In this document: one piece after another, positions 55,501-64,000 of the stretch
How positions within the stretch are numbered: position 1 is the first letter of the stretch
Layout of the letters: the number at the start of each line of letters is the position of its first letter
Assembly: GCA_964016885.1 (NCBI GenBank)
Contig: OZ024743.1
Coordinates: 211,296,001-211,360,000 of the forward strand
Source: Eledone cirrhosa
Taxonomy: Eukaryota
Direction: 5' to 3'
DNA: 64,000 nucleotides
The notes under the pieces: generated by a model
Database searches by the model: none
Told to the model about the DNA's origin: nothing
What the model saw: the letters and a program-made list of their open reading frames with translations, nothing else
Made by a program: the position numbers and the translations under genes

Positions 55501-56331
55501 AGAATCACTAGAGAGCTGTTCCAGGTAGAGCCACTAATTCACTGAATTGAGAGATCACAGCTCTGATATTACAGACATGTGGTTAGAATGTCTGAGTAAA
55601 GAATCACTGGAGCGCTGTTCCAGGTAGAACCACTAATTCACTGAATTGAGAGATAATAGCTCTGATATTACAGACATGTGGTTAGAATGTCTGAGGAAAG
55701 AATCACTAGAGAGCTGTTCCAGGTAGAGCCACTAATTCACTGAATTTAGAGATCACAGCTCTGATATTACAGACATGTGGTTAGAATGTCTGAGGAAAGA
55801 ATCACTGGAGAGCTGTTCCAGGTAGAGCCACGAATTCACTGAATTGAGAGATCATAGCTCTGATATTACAGACATGTGGTTACAATGTCTCAGGAAAGAA
55901 TCACTAAGGAGCTGTTCCAGGTAGATCCACTAATTCACTGAATTGAGAGATCACAGCTCTGATATTACAGACATGTGGTTAGAATGTCTGAGGAAAGAAT
56001 CACTGGAGAGCTGTTCCAGGTAGAGCCACTAATTCACTGAATAGAGAGATCACAGCTCTGATATTACAGACATGTGGTTACAATGTCTGAGGAAAGAATC
56101 ACTGGAGAGCTGTTCCAGGTAGAGCCACTAATTCACTGAATTGAGAGATCATATCTCTGATATTACAGACATGGGGTTAGAATGTCTCAGGAAAGAATCA
56201 CTAGAGAGCTGTTCCAGGTAGAGCCACTAATTCACTGAATTGAGAGATCACAGCTCTGATATTACAGACATGTGGTTAGAATGTCTGAGGAAAGAATCAC
56301 TGGAGAGCTGTTCCAGGTAGAGCCACTAATT
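52570..56331 (+). repeat. Duplication at a 20-monomer (1980 bp) offset (about 18 matching monomers)
   Basis: The divergent atcaAagc monomer is at 52687/54667. The markers atcGctgggGagTtg, gacCtgtgCtt, gtagaTcc and cataTctc also recur 1980 bp apart. Confidence 0.88.
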
Positions 56332-59300
56332 CACTGAATTGAGAGATCACAGCTCTGATATTACAGACATGGGGTTAGAATGTCTGAGGAAAGAAACACT
56401 AGAGAGTTGTTCCAGGTAGAGCCGCTAATTCACTGAATTGAGAGATCATAGCTCTGATACTACAGACATGCGGTTAGAATGTCTGAGGAAAGAATCACTA
56501 GAGAGCTGTTCCAGGTAGAGCCGCTAATTCACTGAATTGAGAGATCATAGCTCTGATATTACAGACATGTGGTTAGAATGTCTCAGGAAAGAATCACTGG
56601 AGAGCTGTTCCAGGTAGAGCCACTAATTCACCGAATTGAGAGATCATGGCTCAGATACTACAGACGTGTGGTTAGAATGTCTGAGGAAAGAATCACTAGA
56701 GAGCTGTTCCAGGTAGAGCCACTAATTCACTGAATTGAGAGATCATAGCTCTGATATTACAGACATGTGGTTAGAATGTCTGAGGAAAGAATCACTGGAG
56801 AGCTGTTCCAGGTAGAGCCACTAATTCACTGAATAGAGAGATCACAGCTCTGATATTACAGACATGTGGTTACAATGTCTGAGGAAAGAATCACTGGAGA
56901 GCTGTTCCAGGTAGAGCCACTAATTCACTGAATTGAGAGATCATATCTCTGATATTACAGACATGGGGTTAGAATGTCTCAGGAAAGAATCACTAGAGAG
57001 CTGTTCCAGGTAGAGCCACTAATTCACTGAATTGAGAGATCACAGCTCTGATATTACAGACATGTGGTTAGAATGTCTGAGGAAAGAATCACTGGAGAGC
57101 TGTTCCAGGTAGAGCCACTAATTCACTGAATTGAGAGATCATAGCTCTGATACTACAGACATGTGGTTAGAATGTCTGAGGAAAGAATCACTAGAGAGCT
57201 GTTCCAGGTAGAGCCGCTAATTCACTGAATTGAGAGATCATAGCTCTGATATTACAGACATGTTGTTAGAATGTCTGAGGAAAGAATCACTAGAGAGCTG
57301 TTCCAGGGAGAGCCACTAATTCACCGAATTGAGAGATCATAGCTCTGATATTACAGACATGAGGTTAGAATGTCTGAGGAAAGAATCACTAGAGAGCTGT
57401 TCCAGGTAGAGCCGCTAATTCACTGAATTGAGAGATCAAAGCTCTGATATTACAGACATGTGGTTAGGATGTCTCAGAAAATAATCACTAGAGAGTTGTT
57501 AAAGGTAGAGCCACTAATTCACTGAAGTACGAGATCACAGCTCTGATATTACAGACATGTGGTTAGAATGTCTGAGGAAAGAATCACTAGAGAGCTGTTC
57601 CAGGTAGAGCCACTAATTCACTGAATTGAGAGATCACAGCTCTGATATTACAGACATGTGGTTAGAATGACTGAGGAAAGAATCACTAGAGAGCTGTTCC
57701 AGGTAGAGCCACTAATTCACTGAATTGAGAGATTATAGCTCTGATACTACAGACATGTGGTTAGAATGTCTGAGGAAAGAATCACTAGAGAGCTGTTCCA
57801 GGTAGAGCCACTAATTCACTGAATTGAGAGATCACAGCTCTGATACTACAGACATGTGGTTAGAATGTCTGATGAAAGAATCGCTGGGGAGTTGTTCCAG
57901 GTAGAGCCACTAATTCACTGAATTGAGAGATCACAGCTCTGATATTACAGACATGTGGTTAGAATGTCTGAGGAAAGAGTCACTGGAGAGCTGTTCCAGG
58001 TAGAGCCACTAATTCACTGAATTGAGAGATCACAGCTCTGATATTACAGACATGAGGTTAGAATGTCTGATGAAAGAATCACTAGAGAGCTGTTCCAGGT
58101 AGAGCCACTAATTCACTGAATAAAGAGATAATAGCTCTGATATTACAGACATGTGGTTAGAATGTCTGAGGAAAGAATCACTGGAGAGCTGTTCCAGGTA
58201 GAGCCACTAATTCACTGAATTGAGAGATCACAGCTCTGATATTACAGACATGTGGTTAGAATGTCTCAGAAAAGAATCACTAGAGAGCTGTTCAAGGTAG
58301 AGCCACTAATTCACTGAATTGAGAGATCACAGCCCTGATATTACAGACATGTGGTTAGAATGTCTGAGGAAAGAATCACTGGAGAGCTGTTCCAGGTAGA
58401 GCCACTAATTCACTGAATAGAGAGATCACAGCTCTGATATTACAGACATGTGGTTACAATGTCTGAGGAAAGAATCACTGGAGAGCTGTTCCAGGTAGAG
58501 CCACTAATTCACTGAATTGAGAGATCATATCTCTGATATTACAGACATGGGGTTAGAATGTCTCAGGAAAGAATCACTAGAGAGCTGTTCCAGGTAGAGC
58601 CACTAATTCACTGAATTGAGAGATCACAGCTCTGATATTACAGACATGTGGTTAGAATGTCTGAGGAAAGAATCACTGGAGAGCTGTTCCAGGTAGAGCC
58701 ACTAATTCACTGAATTGAGAGATCACAGCTCTGATATTACAGACATGGGGTTAGAATGTCTGAGGAAAGAAACACTAGAGAGTTGTTCCAGGTAGAGCCG
58801 CTAATTCACTGAATTGAGAGATCATAGCTCTGATACTACAGACATGCGGTTAGAATGTCTGAGGAAAGAATCACTAGAGAGCTGTTCCAGGTAGAGCCGC
58901 TAATTCACTGAATTGAGAGATCATAGCTCTGATATTACAGACATGTGGTTAGAATGTCTCAGGAAAGAATCACTGGAGAGCTGTTCCAGGTAGAGCCACT
59001 AATTCACCGAATTGAGAGATCATGGCTCAGATACTACAGACGTGTGGTTAGAATGTCTGAGGAAAGAATCACTAGAGAGCTGTTCCAGGTAGAGCCACTA
59101 ATTCACTGAATTGAGAGATCATAGCTCTGATATTACAGACATGTGGTTAGAATGTCTGAGGAAAGAATCACTGGAGAGCTGTTCCAGGTAGAGCCACTAA
59201 TTCACTGAATAGAGAGATCACAGCTCTGATATTACAGACATGTGGTTACAATGTCTGAGGAAAGAATCACTGGAGAGCTGTTCCAGGTAGAGCCACTAAT

Positions 59301-62300
59301 TCACTGAATTGAGAGATCATATCTCTGATATTACAGACATGGGGTTAGAATGTCTCAGGAAAGAATCACTAGAGAGCTGTTCCAGGTAGAGCCACTAATT
59401 CACTGAATTGAGAGATCACAGCTCTGATATTACAGACATGTGGTTAGAATGTCTGAGGAAAGAATCACTGGAGAGCTGTTCCAGATAGAGCCACTAATTC
59501 ACTGAATTGAGAGATCATAGCTCTGATACTACAGACATGTGGTTAGAATGTCTGAGGAAAGAATCACTAGAGAGCTGTTCCAGGTAGAGCCGCTAATTCA
59601 CTGAATTGAGAGATCATAGCTCTGATATTACAGACATGTTGTTAGAATGTCTGAGGAAAGAATCACTAGAGAGCTGTTCCAGGGAGAGCCACTAATTCAC
59701 CGAATTGAGAGATCATAGCTCTGATATTACAGACATGAGGTTAGAATGTCTGAGGAAAGAATCACTAGAGAGCTGTTCCAGGTAGAGCCGCTAATTCACT
59801 GAATTGAGAGATCAAAGCTCTGATATTACAGACATGTGGTTAGGATGTCTCAGAAAATAATCACTAGAGAGTTGTTAAAGGTAGAGCCACTAATTCACTG
59901 AAGTACGAGATCACAGCTCTGATATTACAGACATGTGGTTAGAATGTCTGAGGAAAGAATCACTAGAGAGCTGTTCCAGGTAGAGCCACTAATTCACTGA
60001 ATTGAGAGATCACAGCTCTGATACTACAGACATGTGGTTAGAATGACTGAGGAAAGAATCACTAGAGAGCTGTTCCAGGTAGAGCCACTAATTCACTGAA
60101 TTGAGAGATTATAGCTCTGATACTACAGACATGTGGTTAGAATGTCTGAGGAAAGAATCACTAGAGAGCTGTTCCAGGTAGAGCCACTAATTCACTGAAT
60201 TGAGAGATCACAGCTCTGATACTACAGACATGTGGTTAGAATGTCTGATGAAAGAATCGCTGGGGAGTTGTTCCAGGTAGAGCCACTAATTCACTGAATT
60301 GAGAGATCACAGCTCTGATATTACAGACATGTGGTTAGAATGTCTGAGGAAAGAGTCACTGGAGAGCTGTTCCAGGTAGAGCCACTAATTCACTGAATTG
60401 AGAGATCACAGCTCTGATATTACAGACATGAGGTTAGAATGTCTGATGAAAGAATCACTAGAGAGCTGTTCCAGGTAGAGCCACTAATTCACTGAATAAA
60501 GAGATAATAGCTCTGATATTACAGACATGTGGTTAGAATGTCTGAGGAAAGAATCACTGGAGAGCTGTTCCAGGTAGAGCCACTAATTCACTGAATTGAG
60601 AGATCACAGCTCTGATATTACAGACATGTGGTTAGAATGTCTCAGAAAAGAATCACTAGAGAGCTGTTCAAGGTAGAGCCACTAATTCACTGAATTGAGA
60701 GATCACAGCCCTGATATTACAGACATGTGGTTAGAATGTCTGAGGAAAGAATCACTGGAGAGCTGTTCCAGGTAGAGCCACTAATTCACTGAATAGAGAG
60801 ATCACAGCTCTGATATTACAGACATGTGGTTACAATGTCTGAGGAAAGAATCACTGGAGAGCTGTTCCAGGTAGAGCCACTAATTCACTGAATTGAGAGA
60901 TCATATCTCTGATATTACAGACATGGGGTTAGAATGTCTCAGGAAAGAATCACTAGAGAGCTGTTCCAGGTAGAGCCACTAATTCACTGAATTGAGAGAT
61001 CACAGCTCTGATATTACAGACATGTGGTTAGAATGTCTGAGGAAAGAATCACTGGAGAGCTGTTCCAGGTAGAGCCACTAATTCACTGAATTGAGAGATC
61101 ACAGCTCTGATATTACAGACATGGGGTTAGAATGTCTGAGGAAAGAAACACTAGAGAGTTGTTCCAGGTAGAGCCGCTAATTCACTGAATTGAGAGATCA
61201 TAGCTCTGATACTACAGACATGCGGTTAGAATGTCTGAGGAAAGAATCACTAGAGAGCTGTTCCAGGTAGAGCCGCTAATTCACTGAATTGAGAGATCAT
61301 AGCTCTGATATTACAGACATGTGGTTAGAATGTCTCAGGAAAGAATCACTGGAGAGCTGTTCCAGGTAGAGCCACTAATTCACCGAATTGAGAGATCATG
61401 GCTCAGATACTACAGACGTGTGGTTAGAATGTCTGAGGAAAGAATCACTAGAGAGCTGTTCCAGGTAGAGCCACTAATTCACTGAATTGAGAGATCATAG
61501 CTCTGATATTACAGACATGTGGTTAGAATGTCTGAGGAAAGAATCACTGGAGAGCTGTTCCAGGTAGAGCCACTAATTCACTGAATAGAGAGATCACAGC
61601 TCTGATATTACAGACATGTGGTTACAATGTCTGAGGAAAGAATCACTGGAGAGCTGTTCCAGGTAGAGCCACTAATTCACTGAATTGAGAGATCATATCT
61701 CTGATATTACAGACATGGGGTTAGAATGTCTCAGGAAAGAATCACTAGAGAGCTGTTCCAGGTAGAGCCACTAATTCACTGAATTGAGAGATCACAGCTC
61801 TGATATTACAGACATGTGGTTAGAATGTCTGAGGAAAGAATCACTGGAGAGCTGTTCCAGATAGAGCCACTAATTCACTGAATTGAGAGATCATAGCTCT
61901 GATACTACAGACATGTGGTTAGAATGTCTGAGGAAAGAATCACTAGAGAGCTGTTCCAGGTAGAGCCGCTAATTCACTGAATTGAGAGATCATAGCTCTG
62001 ATATTACAGACATGTTGTTAGAATGTCTGAGGAAAGAATCACTAGAGAGCTGTTCCAGGGAGAGCCACTAATTCACCGAATTGAGAGATCATAGCTCTGA
62101 TATTACAGACATGAGGTTAGAATGTCTGAGGAAAGAATCACTAGAGAGCTGTTCCAGGTAGAGCCGCTAATTCACTGAATTGAGAGATCAAAGCTCTGAT
62201 ATTACAGACATGTGGTTAGGATGTCTCAGAAAATAATCACTAGAGAGTTGTTAAAGGTAGAGCCACTAATTCACTGAAGTACGAGATCACAGCTCTGATA

Positions 62301-63115
62301 TTACAGACATGTGGTTAGAATGTCTGAGGAAAGAATCACTAGAGAGCTGTTCCAGGTAGAGCCACTAATTCACTGAATTGAGAGATCACAGCTCTGATAC
62401 TACAGACATGTGGTTAGAATGACTGAGGAAAGAATCACTAGAGAGCTGTTCCAGGTAGAGCCACTAATTCACTGAATTGAGAGATTATAGCTCTGATACT
62501 ACAGACATGTGGTTAGAATGTCTGAGGAAAGAATCACTAGAGAGCTGTTCCAGGTAGAGCCACTAATTCACTGAATTGAGAGATCACAGCTCTGATACTA
62601 CAGACATGTGGTTAGAATGTCTGATGAAAGAATCGCTGGGGAGTTGTTCCAGGTAGAGCCACTAATTCACTGAATTGAGAGATCACAGCTCTGATATTAC
62701 AGACATGTGGTTAGAATGTCTGAGGAAAGAGTCACTGGAGAGCTGTTCCAGGTAGAGCCACTAATTCACTGAATTGAGAGATCACAGCTCTGATATTACA
62801 GACATGAGGTTAGAATGTCTGATGAAAGAATCACTAGAGAGCTGTTCCAGGTAGAGCCACTAATTCACTGAATAAAGAGATAATAGCTCTGATATTACAG
62901 ACATGTGGTTAGAATGTCTGAGGAAAGAATCACTGGAGAGCTGTTCCAGGTAGAGCCACTAATTCACTGAATTGAGAGATCACAGCTCTGATATTACAGA
63001 CATGTGGTTAGAATGTCTCAGAAAAGAATCACTAGAGAGCTGTTCAAGGTAGAGCCACTAATTCACTGAATTGAGAGATCACAGCCCTGATATTACAGAC
63101 ATGTGGTTAGAATGT
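55960..63115 (+). repeat. Three near-identical copies of a 24-monomer (2376 bp) higher-order repeat
   Basis: gctcAgatac 56653/59029/61405, ccaggGag 57308/59684/62060, atcaAagc 57439/59815/62191 and gaatgActg 57670/60046/62422, all 2376 bp apart. Confidence 0.92.
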
Positions 63116-63990
63116 CCCAGGAAAGAATCACTGGAGAGCTGTTCCGGGTAGAGCCACTAATTCACTGAATTGAGAGATCACAGCTCTGATATTACAGACA
63201 TGTGGTTAGAATGTCTGAGGAAAGAATCACTAGAGAGCTGTTCCAGGTAGAGCCGCTAATTCACTGAATTTAGAGATCACAGCTTTGATATTACAGACAT
63301 GTGGTTAGAATGTCTCAGAAAAGAATCACTAGAGAGCTGTTCAAGGTAGAGCCACTAATTCACTGAATTGAGAGATCACAGCTCTGATATTACAGACATG
63401 AGGTTAGAATGTCTGATGAAAGAATCACTAGAGAGCTGTTCCAGGTAGAGCCACTAATTCACTGAATAAAGAGATAATAGCTCTGATATTACAGACATGT
63501 GGTTAGAATGTCTGAGGAAAGAATCACTGGAGAGCTGTTCCAGGTAGAGCCACTAATTCACTGAATTGAGAGATCACAGCTCTGATATTACAGACATGTG
63601 GTTAGAATGTCTCAGAAAAGAATCACTAGAGAGCTGTTCAAGGTAGAGCCACTAATTCACTGAATTGAGAGATCACAGCCCTGATATTACAGACATGTGG
63701 TTAGAATGTCCCAGGAAAGAATCACTGGAGAGCTGTTCCGGGTAGAGCCACTAATTCACTGAATTGAGAGATCACAGCTCTGATATTACAGACATGTGGT
63801 TAGAATGTCTGAGGAAAGAATCACTAGAGAGCTGTTCCAGGTAGAGCCGCTAATTCACTGAATTTAGAGATCACAGCTTTGATATTACAGACATGTGGTT
63901 AGAATGTCTCAGAAAAGAATCACTAGAGAGCTGTTCAAGGTAGAGCCACTAATTCACTGAATTGAGAGATCACAGCTCTGATATTACAGA
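62800..63990 (+). repeat. Tandem 6-monomer (594 bp) duplication
   Basis: gtcCCagg 63117/63711, gaattTagag 63271/63865, and gaatAAagag and ttccGgg also repeat 594 bp apart. Confidence 0.88.
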
Positions 63991-64000
63991 CATGTGGTTA

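Larger units (their letters stand above)
1..64000. repeat. Tandem satellite DNA array, 99-bp monomer, ~646.5 head-to-tail copies; probably (peri)centromeric/heterochromatic
   Basis: The monomer start CACTGAATTG recurs at 1, 100, 199 and so on, and at every 1980-bp checkpoint (1981, 3961 ... 63361 = 1+640x99). Monomers differ from consensus by a few substitutions. No unique sequence was seen. The centromeric location is inferred from array type only. Confidence 0.99.

Noticed and set aside
1-64000. Giant repetitive protein-coding ORF (99 bp = 33 codons, frame preserved)
   Set aside because: All six frames contain stops in the consensus (+1 TGA at 4-6; +2 TAG at 86-88 and TAA at 95-97; +3 TGA at 9-11; each reverse frame also has a stop). 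The longest ATG-started ORF I found on + is 16 codons (MWLECLRKESLESCSR), with no support for translation.
1-64000. CRISPR array or other repeat-spacer system
   Set aside because: There are no unique spacers. The whole 99 bp is repeated, variation is limited to SNVs, and there are no cas genes or leader.
1-64000. Combinatorial code in the common polymorphic sites (19, 30, 41, 55, 70, 83, 93)
   Set aside because: The allele combinations and their order are explained by descent through nested duplications and recombination between monomers. Nothing suggests they are read out.
1-64000. A single regular higher-order repeat, inversions or transposon insertions
   Set aside because: Periods change locally (5 to 125 monomers), all monomers are on the same strand and the phase is never broken.

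Overview
The whole 64 kb window is one uninterrupted head-to-tail satellite array of a 99-bp monomer (about 646.5 copies, all in the same orientation). Consensus in window phase: CACTGAATTGAGAGATCACAGCTCTGATATTACAGACATGTGGTTAGAATGTCTGAGGAAAGAATCACTAGAGAGCTGTTCCAGGTAGAGCCACTAATT. By hand count it is 41% GC with no CpG. I found no genes, RNA genes, transposons or CRISPR array, and all six reading frames have stop codons in the consensus. It resembles eukaryotic, probably vertebrate, (peri)centromeric satellite DNA, but I cannot assign the family or species from sequence alone. The structure worth noting is: (i) an exact 99-bp phase with no net indel over 640 monomers; (ii) a monomer built from nested inverted repeats plus a junction palindrome, possibly from an old ~49.5-bp dimer; (iii) rare SNVs that reveal layered duplications of 1, 2, 5, 6, 8, 9, 12, 13, 20, 21, 24, 43, 75 and ~118-125 monomers, including a young 24-mer higher-order repeat near the right end and a haplotype boundary near 50-52.5 kb. 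Block boundaries were traced by eye from marker SNVs and are approximate to about one monomer. I see no evidence for a new gene-based system.
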